The notes below the pieces were generated by a model. The model did no database searches. It had not been told where the DNA came from and saw only the letters and a list, made by a program, of their open reading frames with translations. This document shows positions 34,701 through 39,474 of a stretch of DNA of 64,000 bases, one piece after another. Numbering within the stretch: position 1 is the stretch's first letter; the number at the start of each line of letters is the position of its first letter. Source of the stretch: Eledone cirrhosa (taxonomy: Eukaryota); assembly GCA_964016885.1 (NCBI GenBank), contig OZ024744.1, positions 73,470,001-73,534,000 of the forward strand. The letters run 5' to 3'. Both the position numbers and the translations under genes were made by a program.

Positions 34701-37700
34701 AAACACTACCACCACAAACACTACCACCACAAACACTACCACAACAAACACCACCATCACAAACACCACCATCACAAACACTACCACCACAAACACTACC
34801 ACCACAAACACTACCACCACAAACACTACCACCACAAACACTACCACCACAAACACAACCACCACAAACACTACCACAACAAACACCACCATCACAAACA
34901 CTACCACCACAAACACTACCACCACAAACACTACCATCACAAACACTACCATCACAAACACTACCACCACAAACACTACCACCACAAACACTACCAAAAC
35001 AAACACCACCATCACAAACACTACCACCACAAACAGTACCACCACAAACACTACCACCACAAACACTACCACCACAAACACTACCAACACAAACACTACC
35101 ACCACAAACACTACCACCACAAACACTACCATCACAAACACCACCACCACAAACACTACCACCACAAACACTACCACCACAAACACTACCATCACAAACA
35201 CTACCATCACAAACACTACCACCACAAACACCACCACCACAAACACTACAACCACAAACACTACCAGCACAAACACTACCACCACAAACACTACCATCAC
35301 AACCACTACCATCACAAACACTACCACCACAAACACTACCACCACAAACACCACCACCACAAACACTACCACCACAAACACTACCACCTCAAACACTACC
35401 ACCACAGCCACTACCACCTCAAACACTACCACCACAACCACTACCACCACAAACACTACCATCACAAACACTACCACCACAAACACTACCATCACAAACA
35501 CTACCACCACAAACACTACCACCACAAACACTACCACCACAAACATTACCACCACAAACACTACCAGCACAAACACTACCATCACAACCACTACCACCAC
35601 AAACACTACCACCACAAACACTACCACCACAAACACTACCACCACAAACACTACCATGACAAACACTACCACCACAAACACTACCACCACAAACACTACC
35701 ACCACAACCACTACCACCACAAACACTACCATCACAAACACTACCACCACAAACACTACCATCACAAACACTACCATCACAAACACTACCACCACAAACA
35801 CTACCACCACAAACATTACCACCACAAACACTACCATCACAAACACTACCACCACAAACACTACCATCACAAACACTACCATCACAAACACTACCACAAC
35901 AAACACCACCACCACAAACACTACCATCACAAACACTACCATCACAAACACTACCACCACAAACACTACCACCACAAACACTACCACCACAAACACTACC
36001 ATCACAAACACTACCATCACAAAGACTACCACCACAAAGACTACCACCACAAACAATACCACTACAAACACTACCACAACAAACACTACCATCACAAACA
36101 CTACCATCACAAACACTACCACCACAAACACTACCACCACAAACACTACCATCACAAACACTACCATCACAAACACTACCATCACAAAGACTACCACCAC
36201 AAAGACTACCACCACAAACAATACCACTACAAACACTACCACAACAAACACTACCATCACAAACACTACCATCACAAACACTACCACCACAAACACTACA
36301 ACCACAAACACTACCACAACAAACACTACCATCACAAACACTACCATCACAAACACTACCACCACAAAAACTACCATCACAAACACTACCACCACAAACG
36401 CTACCATCACAAACACTACCATCACAAACACTACCACAACAAACACCACCACCACAAAAACTACCACCACAAACACTACCATCACAAACACTACCATCAC
36501 AAACACTACCACAACAAACACCACCACCACAAAAACTACCACCACAAACACTACCATCACAAACACTACCATCACAAACACTACCACAACAAACACCACC
36601 ACCACAAAAACTACCACCACAAACACTACCATCACAAACACTACCATCACAAACACTACCACCACAAAAACTACCATCACAAACACTACCACCACAAACA
36701 CTACCACCACAAACATTACCACCACAAACACTACCACCACAAACACTACCACCACAAACACTACCACTACAAACACTACCACCACAAACACTACATTCAC
36801 AAACACCACCATCACAACCACTACCACCACAAACACTACCACCAGAAACACTACCACCATTAACACTACCATCACAAACACTACCACCACAAACACTACC
36901 ACCACAAAAACTACCACCACAAACACTACCACTACAAACACTACCACCACAAACACTACCACCACAAACACTACCATCACAAACACTACCACCAAAAACA
37001 CTACCACCACAAACACCACCACCACAAACACTACCACCACAAACACTACCACCACAAACACTACCACCACAAACACTACTACCACAAACACTACATTCAC
37101 AAACACCACCATCACAACCACTACCACCACAAACACTACCACCAGAAACCCTACCACCACAAACACTACCACCACAAACACTACCACCACAAAAACTACC
37201 ACCACAAACACTACCACTACAAACACTACCACCACAAACACTACCACTACAAACACTACCACCACAAACACTACCACCACAAACACTACCATCACAAACA
37301 CTACCACCACAAACACTACCACCACAAACACCACCACCACAAACACTACCACCACAAACACTACCATCACAAACACTACCACCACAAACACTACCACCAC
37401 AAACACCACCACCACAAACACTACCACCACAAACACTACCACCACAAACACTACCACCACAAACACCACCACCACAAACACTACCACCACAAAGACTACC
37501 ATCACAAACACTACCACCTTAAAGACTACCATCACAAACACTACCACCACAAACACTACCACCACAAACACTACCACCACAAACACTACCACCACAAACA
37601 CTACCACCACAAACACCACCACCACAAACACTACCACCACAAAGACTACCATCACAAACACTACCACCACAAACACTACCACCACAAACACTACCACCAC

Positions 37701-39474
37701 AAAGACTACCATCACAAACACTACCACCACAAACACTACCATCACAAACACTACCACCACAAACACTACCACCACAAACACTACCATCACAAACACTACC
37801 ACCACAAACACTACCATCACAACCACTACCACCACAAACACTACCACCACAAAAACTACCACCACAAACACTACCACTACAAACACTACCACCACAAACA
37901 CTACCACCACAAACACTACCACCAAAAACACTACCACAACAAACACCACCATCACAAACACTACCACCACAAACACTACCACCACAAAGACTACCATCAC
38001 AAAGACTACCACCACAAACACTACCACCACAAACACTACCATCACAAACACTACCACCACAAACACTACCACCACAAACACCACCACCACAAACACTACC
38101 ACCACAAACACTACCACTACAAACACTACCACCACAAACACTACCACCACAAACACTACCACCACAAACACTACCACCACAAACACTACCACCACAAACA
38201 CTACCACCACAAACACTACCACCACAAACACCACCACCACAAACACTACCACCACAAACACTACCACCACAAACACTACCACCACAAACACTACCACCAC
38301 AAACACTACCACTACAAACACTACCACAACAAACACTACCATCACAAACACTACCACCACAAACACTACCACCACAAACACTACCATCACAAACACTACC
38401 ACCACAAACACCACCACCACAAACACTACCACCACAAACACTACCACCACAAACACTACCATCACAAACAGTACCACCACAAACACTACCACGACAAACA
38501 CTACCACGACAAACACTACCACGACAAACACTACCACCACAAACACTACCACCACAAACACTACCACCACAAACACTACCACCACAAACACTACCACCAC
38601 AAACACTACTACCACAAACACTCACCACCACAAACACTACCATCACAAACACTACCATCACAAACACTACCACCACAAACACTACCATCACAAACACTAC
38701 CACCACAAACACTCACCACCACAAACACTACCACCACAAACACTACCACCACAAACACTCACCACCACAAACACTACCATCACAAACACTACCATCACAA
38801 ACACTACCACCACAAACACTACCACCACAAACATTACCACCATAAACACTACCACCACAAACACTACCACCATAAACACTACCACCACAAACACTACCAC
38901 CACAAACACTACCACAACAAACACTACCACCACAAACACTACCACCACAAACAGTACCACCACAAACACTACCACCTCAAACCCTACCACCACAAACACT
39001 ACGACCACAAACACTACCACCTCAAACACTACCACGACAAACACTACCACGACAAACACTACCACCACAAACACTACCACCACAAACACTACCACCACAA
39101 ACACTACCATCACAAACACTACCATCACAAACACTACCACCACAAACATTACCACCATAAACACTACCACCACAAACACTACCACCACAAACACTACCAC
39201 TACAACCACTACCACCACAAACACTACCACCTCAAACACTACCACCACAAACACCACCACCACAAACACTACCAGCACAAACATACCAGCACAAACACTA
39301 CCACCACAAACACTACCACCACAAACACTACCACCACAAACACTACCACCACAAACACTACCACCACAAACACTACCACCACAAACACTACCATCACAAA
39401 CACTACCACCACAAACACTACCACCACAAACACTACCACCACAAACACTACCACCACAAACACTACCACCATAA
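9415..39474 (+). CDS. Possible coding repeat: ~10,000-codon stop-free frame +1, mostly (NTTTT)n from 10765 on, Thr-rich and mucin-like; coding status unproven
   Basis: By eye, frame +1 has TAA at 9412-9414 and no further stop until TAA at 39472-39474. It contains the track ORF 35656..39474. No signal peptide, unique domain or credible start is present, and stop-freeness is largely expected from the unit sequence. Confidence 0.2.
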   Translation, partial: HYHHKHYHYKHYHHKHYHHKHYHHKNYHHKHHHHKHYHHKHYIHKHHHHNHYHYKHYHHKHYIHKHHHHNHYHHKHYHHKHYHHKHYHHKNYHHRHYHHKHYHHKHYHHKHYHHKHYHHKHYHHKQYHHKHYHHKHYHHKHYHPKHYHHKHYHNKHYHHKHYHHKHYHHKHYHHKDYHHKHYHHKHHHHKHYHHKHYHHKHHHHKHYHHKHYHHKHYHHKHYHHKHYHQKHYHHKHYHHKHYHQKHYHHKHYHHKHYYHKHYIHKHHHHNHYHHKHYHHKHYHHKHYHHKHYHHKHYHHKHYHHKHYHYKHYHHKHYHHKHYHHKHYHHNHYHHKHYHHKHYHHNHYHHKHHHHKHYHHKHYQHKHYHHKHYHQKHYHHKRYHHKHYHHKHYHHKHYHHKHYHHKHYHHKHYHHKHYHYKHYHHKHYHHKHYHHKHYHHKHYHQKGYHHKTTTTNTTTTNTTTTNTTTTKTTTTNTTITNTTTRNPTTTNTTTTNTTTTNTTITNTTTTNTTTTNTTTTNTTTTNTTITNTTTTNTTTTDTTTTTTTITNTTTTNTTTTNTTTTNTTTTNTTTTNTTTTNTTTTNTTTTNTTTTNTTITTTTTTNTTTTNNTTTNTTTTNTTSTNTTTTNTTTTNTTTTNTTTTNTTITNTTTTNTTTTNTTTTNTTTTITTITNTTTTDTTTTNTTTTNTTTTNTTTTNTTITNTTTTNTTITNTTTTNTTTTNTTTTNTTTTNTTITNTTTTNTTTTDTTTTNTTTTNTTTTNTTTTNTTITNTTTTNTTTTNTTITNTTTTNTTITNTTTTNTTTTNTTTTNTTTTNTTITNTTTTNTTTTDTTTTNTTTTNTTTTNTTTTNTTITNTTTTNTTTTNTTITNTTTTNTTTTNTTTTNTTTTNTTITNTTTRNPTTTNTTTTTTTTTNTTTTNTTTTNTTTTNTTTTNTTTTNTTTTNTTTTNTTITNTTTTNTTTTNTTTTNTTTTNTTTTNTTTTNTTTTNTTITNTTTTNTTTTNTTTTNTTTTNTTTTNTTTTNTTTTNTTTTNTTTTNTTTTNTTTTNTTITNTTTSNTTTTNTTTTNTTTTNTTTTNTTTTNTTTTNTTITNTTTRNPTTTNTTTTNTTTTNTTTTNTTTTNTTTTNTTTTNTTTTNTTITNTTTTNTTTTNTTTTNTTITTTTITNTTTTNTTTTNTTTTNTTTTNTTTTNTTTTNTTITNTTTTNTTTRNPTTTNTTTTNTTTTNTTTTNTTTTNTTITNTTTRNPTTTNTTITNTTTTNTTITNSTTTNTTTTNTTTTNTTTTNTTTTNTTTTNTTTTNSTTTNTTTTNTTTTNTTTTNTTNTNTTTTNTTTTNTTTTNTTKTNTTTTNTTTTNTTTTNTTITNTTTTNTTTTNTTTTNSTTTNTTTTNTTTTNTTTTNTTTTNTTITNTTTTNTTTTNTTTTNTTITNTTTTNTTTTNTTITNTTITNTTTTNTTTTNTTITNTTITNTTTTNTTTTNTTSTNTTTTNTTITNTTTTNTTSTNTTTTNTTITNTTTTNTTSTNTTTTNTTTTNTTTTDTTTTNTTTTNTTTTDTTTTNTTTTNTTITNTTITNTTTTNTTTTNTTITNTTITNITTTNTTTSNTTTTTTTTTNTTTTNTTTTNTTTTNTTTTNTATTNTTTTNTTTTNTTTTNTTTTNTTTTNTTTTNTTTTNTTITNTTITNTTTTNTTTTNTTTTNTTTTNTTTTNTTTTNSTTTNTTITNTTTTNTTTTNTTITNTTITNTTTTNTTTTNTTTTNTTITNTTTTNSTTTNTTTTNTTTTNTTTTNTTTTNTTTTNITITNTTITNTTTTNTTTTNTTTTNTTTTKTTTTNTTTTNTTTTNTTTTNTTTTNTTITNTTTTNTTTTNTTTTNTTTTNTTITNTTITNTTTTNTTTTNTTTTNTTSTNTTTTNTTITTTTITNTTTTNTTTTNTTTTNTTTTNTTTSNTTTTTTTTSNTTTTTTTTTNTTITNTTTTNTTITNTTTTNTTTTNTTTTNITTTNTTSTNTTITTTTTTNTTTTNTTTTNTTITNTTTTNTTITNTTITNTTTTNTTTTNITTTNTTITNTTTTNTTITNTTITNTTTTNTTTTNTTITNTTITNTTTTNTTTTNTTTTNTTITNTTITKTTTTKTTTTNNTTTNTTTTNTTITNTTITNTTTTNTTTTNTTITNTTITNTTITKTTTTKTTTTNNTTTNTTTTNTTITNTTITNTTTTNTTTTNTTTTNTTTTNITTTNTTTTNTTTTNTTTTNTTTTNTTTTNTTTTNTTTTNTTTTNITTTNTTTTNTTTTNTTTTNTTTTNTTFTNTTITTTTTTNTTTRNTTTINTTITNTTTTNTTTTKTTTTNTTTTNTTTTNTTTTNTTITNTTTTNTTITNTTTTNTTTTNTTTTNTTTTNTTTTNTTITNTTTRNPTTTNTTTTNTTTTNTTTTNTTTTNTTITNNTTTNTTTTNTTTTNTTTTNTTTTNTTTTNTTTTNTTITNTTTTNTTTTNTTTTNTTTTNTTTTNTTTTNTTTTNTTTTNTTTTNTTTTNTTTTNTTITNTTTSNTTTTNTTTTNTTTTNTTTTNTTTTNTTTTNTTITNTTTRNPTTTNTTTTNTTTTNTTTTNTTTTNTTTTNTTTTNTTTTNTTTTNTTITNTTTTNTTTTNTTTTNTTITTTTITNTTTTNTTTTNTTTTNTTTTNTTTTNTTTTNTTITNTTITNTTTTNTTTTNTTTTNTTTTNTTTTNTTTRNPTTTNTTTTNTTTTNTTTTNSTTTNTTTTNTTTTNTTTTNTTTTNTTTTNTTTTNTTTTNTTITNTTITNTTTTNTTTTNTTTTNTTTTNTTTTNTTTRNPTTTNTTTTNTTTTNTTTTNSTTTNTTTTNTTTTNTTTTNTTTTNTTTTNSTTTNTTTTNTTTTNTTTTNTTTTNTTTTNTTTTNTTTTNSTTTNTTTTNTTTTNTTTTNTTNTNTTTTNTTTTNTTTTNTTKTNTTTTNTTTTNTTTTNTTITNTTTTNTTTTNTTTTNSTTTNTTTTNTTTTNTTTTNTTTTNTTITNTTTTNTTTTNTTTTNTTITNTTTTNTTTTNTTITNTTITNTTTTNTTTTNTTITNTTITNTTTTNTTTTNTTSTNTTTTNTTITNTTTTNTTSTNTTTTNTTITNTTTTNTTSTNTTTTNTTTTNTTTTDTTTTNTTTTNTTTTDTTTTNTTTTNTTITNTTITNTTTTNTTTTNTTITNTTITNITTTNTTTSNTTTTTTTTTNTTTTNTTTTNTTTTNTATTNTTTTNTTTTNTTTTNTTTTNTTTTNTTTTTTTTSNTTTTTTTTTNTTITNTTTTNTTITNTTTTNTTTTNTTTTNITTTNTTSTNTTITTTTTTNTTTTNTTTTNTTITNTTTTNTTITNTTITNTTTTNTTTTNITTTNTTITNTTTTNTTITNTTITNTTTTNTTTTNTTITNTTITNTTTTNTTTTNTTTTNTTITNTTITKTTTTKTTTTNNTTTNTTTTNTTITNTTITNTTTTNTTTTNTTITNTTITNTTITKTTTTKTTTTNNTTTNTTTTNTTITNTTTTNTTTTNTTTTNTTTTNITTTNTTTTNTTTTNTTTTNTTTTNTTTTNTTTTNTTTTNTTTTNITTTNTTTTNTTTTNTTTTNTTTTNTTFTNTTITTTTTTNTTTRNTTTINTTITNTTTTNTTTTKTTTTNTTTTNTTITNTTTTNTTITNTTTTNTTTTYTTTTNITTTNTTSTNTTITTTTTTNTTTTNTTTTNTTITNTTTTNTTITNTTITNTTTTNTTTTNITTTNTTITNTTTTNTTITNTTITNTTTTNTTTTNTTITNTTITNTTTTNTTTTNTTTTNTTITNTTITKTTTTKTTTTNNTTTNTTTTNTTITNTTITNTTTTNTTTTNTTITNTTITNTTITKTTTTKTTTTNNTTTNTTTTNTTITNTTTTNTTTTNTTTTNTTTTNITTTNTTTTKTTTTNTTTTNTTTTNTTTTNTTTTNTTTTNTTTTNITTTNTTTTNTTTTNTTTTNTTTTNTTFTNTTITTTTTTNTTTRNTTAFNTTITNTTTTNTTTTKTTTTNTTTTNTTITNTTTTNTTITNTTTTNTTTTNTTTTNTTTTNTTTTNTTITNTTTRNPTTTNTTTTNTTTTNTTTTNTTTTNTTITNNTTTNTTTTNTTTTNTTTTNTTTTNTTTTNTTTTNTTITNTTTTNTTTTNTTTTNTTTTNTTTTNTTTTNTTTTNTTTTNTTTTNTTTTNTTTTNTTITNTTTSNTTTTNTTTTNTTTTNTTTTNTTTTNTTTTNTTITNTTTRNPTTTNTTTTNTTTTNTTTTNTTTTNTTTTNTTTTNTTTTNTTTTNTTITNTTTTNTTTTNTTTTNTTITTTTITNTTTTNTTTTNTTTTNTTTTNTTTTNTTTTNTTITNTTTTNTTTRNPTTTNTTTTNTTTTNTTTTNTTTTNTTITNTTTRNPTTTNTTITNTTTTNTTITNSTTTNTTTTNTTTTNTTTTNTTTTNTTTTNTTTTNSTTTNTTTTNTTTTNTTTTNTTNTNTTTTNTTTTNTTTTNTTKTNTTTTNTTTTNTTTTNTTITNTTTTNTTTTNTTTTNSTTTNTTTTNTTTTNTTTTNTTTTNTTITNTTTTNTTTTNTTTTNTTITNTTTTNTTTTNTTITNTTITNTTTTNTTTTNTTITNTTITNTTTTNTTTTNTTSTNTTTTNTTITNTTTTNTTSTNTTTTNTTITNTTTTNTTSTNTTTTNTTTTNTTTTDTTTTNTTTTNTTTTDTTTTNTTSTNTTITNTTITNTTTTNTTTTNTTITNTTITNITTTNTTTSNTTTTTTTTTNTTTTNTTTTNTTTTNTTTTNTATTNTTTTNTTTTNTTTTNTTTTNTTTTNTTTTNTTTTNTTITNTTITNTTTTNTTTTNTTTTNTTTTNTTTTNTTTTNTTTTNTTITNTTTTNTTTTNTTITNITITNTTTTNTTTTNTTTTNTTITNTTTTNSTTTNTTTTNTTTTNTTTTNTTTTNTTTTNTTITNTTITNTTTTNTTTTNTTTTNTTTTKTTTTNTTTTNTTTTNTTTTNTTTTNTTITNTTTTNTTTTNTTTTNTTTTNTTITNTTITNTTTTNTTTTNTTTTNTTSTNTTTTNTTITTTTITNTTTTNTTTTNTTTTNTTTTNTTTSNTTTTTTTTSNTTTTTTTTTNTTITNTTTTNTTITNTTTTNTTTTNTTTTNITTTNTTSTNTTITTTTTTNTTTTNTTTTNTTITNTTTTNTTITNTTITNTTTTNTTTTNITTTNTTITNTTTTNTTITNTTITNTTTTNTTTTNTTITNTTITNTTTTNTTTTNTTTTNTTITNTTITKTTTTKTTTTNNTTTNTTTTNTTITNTTITNTTTTNTTTTNTTITNTTITNTTITKTTTTKTTTTNNTTTNTTTTNTTITNTTITNTTTTNTTTTNTTTTNTTTTNITTTNTTTTNTTTTNTTTTNTTTTNTTTTNTTTTNTTTTNTTTTNITTTNTTTTNTTTTNTTTTNTTTTNTTFTNTTITTTTTTNTTTRNTTTINTTITNTTTTNTTTTKTTTTNTTTTNTTTTNTTTTNTTITNTTTKNTTTTNTTTTNTTTTNTTTTNTTTTNTTTTNTTFTNTTITTTTTTNTTTRHPTTTNTTITNTTTTNTYHHKNYHHKHYHYKHYHHKHYHHKHYHHKHYHHKHYHHKHHHHKHYHHKHYHHKHYHHKHYHHKHYHHKHYHHKHHHHKHYHHKHYHHKHYHHKHYHHKHHHHKHYHHKHYHHKHYHHKHHHHKHYHHKDYHHKHYHHKDYHHKHYHHKHYHHKHYHHKHYHHKHHHHKHYHHKHYHHKHYQHKHHHHKHYHHKDYHHKHYHHKDYHHKHYHHKHYHHKHYHHKHYHHKHHHHKHYHHKDYHHKHYHHKDYHHKHYHHKHYHHKHYHHKHYHHKHHHHKHYHQKPYHHKHYHHKHYHHKHLRPQKLPPQTLPPQTPPPQTPTTTKTTTTNTTTTNTTTTNTTTTNTTITNTTTTNTTTTNTTTTNTTTTNTTITNTTTTNTTTTNTTTTNTTTTNTTTTNTTTTKTTITNTTTTKTTITNTTTTNTTTTNTTTTNTTTTNTTTTNTTTTNTTTTNTTTTNTTTTNTTTTNTTTTKTTITNTTTTNTTTTNTTTTKTTITNTTTTNTTITNTTTTNTTTTNTTITNTTTTNTTITTTTTTNTTTTKTTTTNTTTTNTTTTNTTTTNTTTKNTTTTNTTITNTTTTNTTTTKTTITKTTTTNTTTTNTTITNTTTTNTTTTNTTTTNTTTTNTTTTNTTTTNTTTTNTTTTNTTTTNTTTTNTTTTNTTTTNTTTTNTTITNTTTTNTTITNTTTTNTTTTNTTITNTTTTNTTITTTTTTNTTTTKTTTTNTTTTNTTTTNTTTTNTTTKNTTTTNTTITNTTTTNTTTTKTTITKTTTTNTTTTNTTITNTTTTNTTTTNTTTTNTTTTNTTTTNTTTTNTTTTNTTTTNTTTTNTTTTNTTTTNTTTTNTTTTNTTTTNTTTTNTTTTNTTTTNTTTTNTTTTNTTITNTTTTNTTTTNNTITNTTTTNTTTTNTTTTNTTTTNTTITNSTTTNTTTTNTTTTNTTTTNTTTTNTTTTNTTTTNTTTTNTTTTNTTTTNTTTTNTTTTNTTITNTTITNTTTTNTTTTNTTTTNTTTTNTTTTNTTTTNTTTTNTTTTNTTTTNTTTTNTTITNTTTTNTTTTNTTTTNSTTTNTTTTNTTTTNTTTTNTTTTNTTITNTTTTNTTTTNTTTTNTTITNTTTTNTTTTNTTITNTTITNTTTTNTTTTNTTITNTTITNTTTTNTTTTNTTSTNTTTTNTTITNTTTTNTTSTNTTTTNTTITNTTTTNTTSTNTTTTNTTTTNTTTTDTTTTNTTTTNTTTTDTTTTNTTTTNTTITNTTITNTTTTNTATTNTTITNTTITNITTTNTTTSNTTTTTTTTTTTNTTTTNTTTTNTTTTNTTTTNTTTTNTTTTNTTTTNTTTTNTTTTNTTTTNTTTTNTTITNTTITNTTTTNTTTTNTTTTNTTTTNTTITNTTTTNTTTTNTTTTNTTITNTTITKTTTTKTTTTNNTTTNTTTTNTTITNTTITNTTTTNTTITNTTTTNTTTTNNTITNTTTTNTTTTNTTTTKTTTTNTTITNSTTTNTTTTNTTTTNTTTTNTTTTNTTTTNTTTTNTTTTNTTTTNTTTTNTTTTNTTTTNTTTTNTTITNTTITNTTTTNTTTTNTTTTNTTTTNTTTTNTTTTNTTTTNTTITNTTTTNTTTTNTTTTNSTTTNTTTTNTTTTNTTTTNTTTTNTTITNTTTTNTTTTNTTTTNTTITNTTTTNTTTTNTTITNTTITNTTTTNTTTTITTITNTTITNTTTTNTTTTNTTSTNTTTTNTTITNTTTTNTTSTNTTTTNTTITNTTTTNTTSTNTTTTNTTTTNTTTTDTTTTNTTTTNTTTTDTTTTNTTTTNTTITNTTITNTTTTNTTTTNTTITNTTITNITTTNTTTSNTTTTTTTTTTTNTTTTNTTTTNTTTTNTTTTNTTTTNTTTTNTTTTNTTTTNTTTTNTTTTNTTITNTTITNTTTTNTTTTNTTTTNTTTTNTTTTNTTTTNTTTTNTTITNTTTTNTTTTNTTITNTTITNTTTTNTTTTNTTTTNTTITNTTTTNSTTTNTTTTNTTTTNTTTTNTTTTNTTTTNTTITNTTITNTTTTNTTTTNTTTTNTTTTKTTTTNTTTTNTTTTNTTTTNTTTTNTTITNTTTTNTTTTNTTTTNTTITNTTITNTTTTNTTTTNTTTTNTTSTNTTTTKTTITNTTTTNTTITNTTTTNTTTTNTTITNTTTTNTTITTTTTTNTTTTKTTTTNTTTTNTTTTNTTTTNTTTKNTTTTNTTITNTTTTNTTTTKTTLTKTTTTKTTTTNTTITNTTTTNTTTTNTTTTNTTTTNTTTTNTTTTNTTTTNTTTTNTTTTNTTTTNTTTTNTTTTNTTTTNTTTTNTTTTNTTTTNTTTTNTTTTNTTTTNTTITNTTTTNTTTTNNTITNTTTTNTTTTNTTTTNTTTTNTTITNSTTTNTTTTNTTTTNTTTTNTTTTNTTTTNTTTTNTTTTNTTTTNTTTTNTTTTNTTTTNTTTTNTTITNTTITNTTTTNTTTTNTTTTNTTTTNTTTTNTTTTNTTTTNTTITNTTTTNTTTTNTTTTNSTTTNTTTTNTTTTNTTTTNTTTTNTTITNTTTTNTTTTNTTTTNTTITNTTTTNTTTTNTTITNTTITNTTTTNTTTTNTTITNTTITNTTTTNTTTTNTTSTNTTTTNTTITNTTTTNTTSTNTTTTNTTSTNTTTTNTTTTNTTTTDTTTTNTTTTNTTTTDTTTTNTTTTNTTITNTTITNTTTTNTTTTNTTITNTTITNITTTNTTTSNTTTTTTTTTNTTTTNTTTTNTTTTNTTTTNTTTTNTTTTNTTITNTTITNTTTTNTTTTNTTTTNTTTTNTTTTNTTTTNTTTTNTTITNTTTTNTTTTNTTITNTTITNTTTTNTTTTNTTKTNTTITNTTTTNSTTTNTTTTNTTTTNTTNTNTTTTNTTTTNTTITNTTTTNTTTTNTTTTNTTITNTTITNTTTTNTTTTNTTTTNTTSTNTTTTNTTITTTTITNTTTTNTTTTNTTTTNTTTTNTTTSNTTTTATTTSNTTTTTTTTTNTTITNTTTTNTTITNTTTTNTTTTNTTTTNITTTNTTSTNTTITTTTTTNTTTTNTTTTNTTTTNTTMTNTTTTNTTTTNTTTTTTTTTNTTITNTTTTNTTITNTTITNTTTTNTTTTNITTTNTTITNTTTTNTTITNTTITNTTTTNTTTTNTTITNTTITNTTTTNTTTTNTTTTNTTITNTTITKTTTTKTTTTNNTTTNTTTTNTTITNTTITNTTTTNTTTTNTTITNTTITNTTITKTTTTKTTTTNNTTTNTTTTNTTITNTTITNTTTTNTTTTNTTTTNTTITNTTITNTTTTKTTITNTTTTNATITNTTITNTTTTNTTTTKTTTTNTTITNTTITNTTTTNTTTTKTTTTNTTITNTTITNTTTTNTTTTKTTTTNTTITNTTITNTTTTKTTITNTTTTNTTTTNITTTNTTTTNTTTTNTTTTNTTTTNTTFTNTTITTTTTTNTTTRNTTTINTTITNTTTTNTTTTKTTTTNTTTTNTTTTNTTTTNTTITNTTTKNTTTTNTTTTNTTTTNTTTTNTTTTNTTTTNTTFTNTTITTTTTTNTTTRNPTTTNTTTTNTTTTKTTTTNTTTTNTTTTNTTTTNTTTTNTTTTNTTITNTTTTNTTTTNTTTTNTTTTNTTITNTTTTNTTTTNTTTTNTTTTNTTTTNTTTTNTTTTNTTTTKTTITNTTTLKTTITNTTTTNTTTTNTTTTNTTTTNTTTTNTTTTNTTTTKTTITNTTTTNTTTTNTTTTKTTITNTTTTNTTITNTTTTNTTTTNTTITNTTTTNTTITTTTTTNTTTTKTTTTNTTTTNTTTTNTTTTNTTTKNTTTTNTTITNTTTTNTTTTKTTITKTTTTNTTTTNTTITNTTTTNTTTTNTTTTNTTTTNTTTTNTTTTNTTTTNTTTTNTTTTNTTTTNTTTTNTTTTNTTTTNTTTTNTTTTNTTTTNTTTTNTTTTNTTTTNTTITNTTTTNTTTTNTTITNTTTTNTTTTNTTTTNTTTTNTTITNSTTTNTTTTNTTTTNTTTTNTTTTNTTTTNTTTTNTTTTNTTTTNTTTTNTHHHKHYHHKHYHHKHYHHKHYHHKHYHHKHSPPQTLPPQTLPPQTLTTTNTTITNTTITNTTTTNTTTTNITTINTTTTNTTTINTTTTNTTTTNTTTTNTTTTNTTTTNSTTTNTTTSNPTTTNTTTTNTTTSNTTTTNTTTTNTTTTNTTTTNTTTTNTTITNTTITNTTTTNITTINTTTTNTTTTNTTTTTTTTTNTTTSNTTTTNTTTTNTTSTNIPAQTLPPQTLPPQTLPPQTLPPQTLPPQTLPPQTLPSQTLPPQTLPPQTLPPQTLPPQTLPP
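17461..18060. repeat. 300-bp (20-unit) tandem duplication
   Basis: AGAAACCCT in lines 17641/17941 and AGT in lines 17701/18001; intervening lines match. Confidence 0.85.
19350..21690. repeat. 1,140-bp (76-unit) tandem duplication
   Basis: Rare AATATT in lines 19441/20581; matching lines 19801/20941, 20341/21481, 20461/21601. Confidence 0.87.
27880..28930. repeat. 540-bp (36-unit) tandem duplication
   Basis: Lines 27961/28501, 28021/28561, 28081/28621 and 28141/28681 match, including the rare CACCAACACT variant. Confidence 0.87.
29520..32220. repeat. ~1 kb block repeated at offset 1,686 bp (112 units + 6 bp); both copies carry a 21-bp unit
   Basis: AACAGT 29575/31261; 21-bp unit ACCACTACCACTACCACCACA at 30265/31951. 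Confidence 0.8.

Noticed and set aside
35656-35658. ATG start of the 1,272-aa plus-strand ORF
   Set aside because: A single ATC>ATG point variant in mid-array; the frame is already open ~26 kb upstream and there is no promoter, RBS or signal peptide context.
24919-38712. (CGGSV)n ORF segments resembling keratin-associated or Cys/Gly-rich proteins
   Set aside because: An alternative register of the same unit entered through indels; no unique sequence supports a gene.
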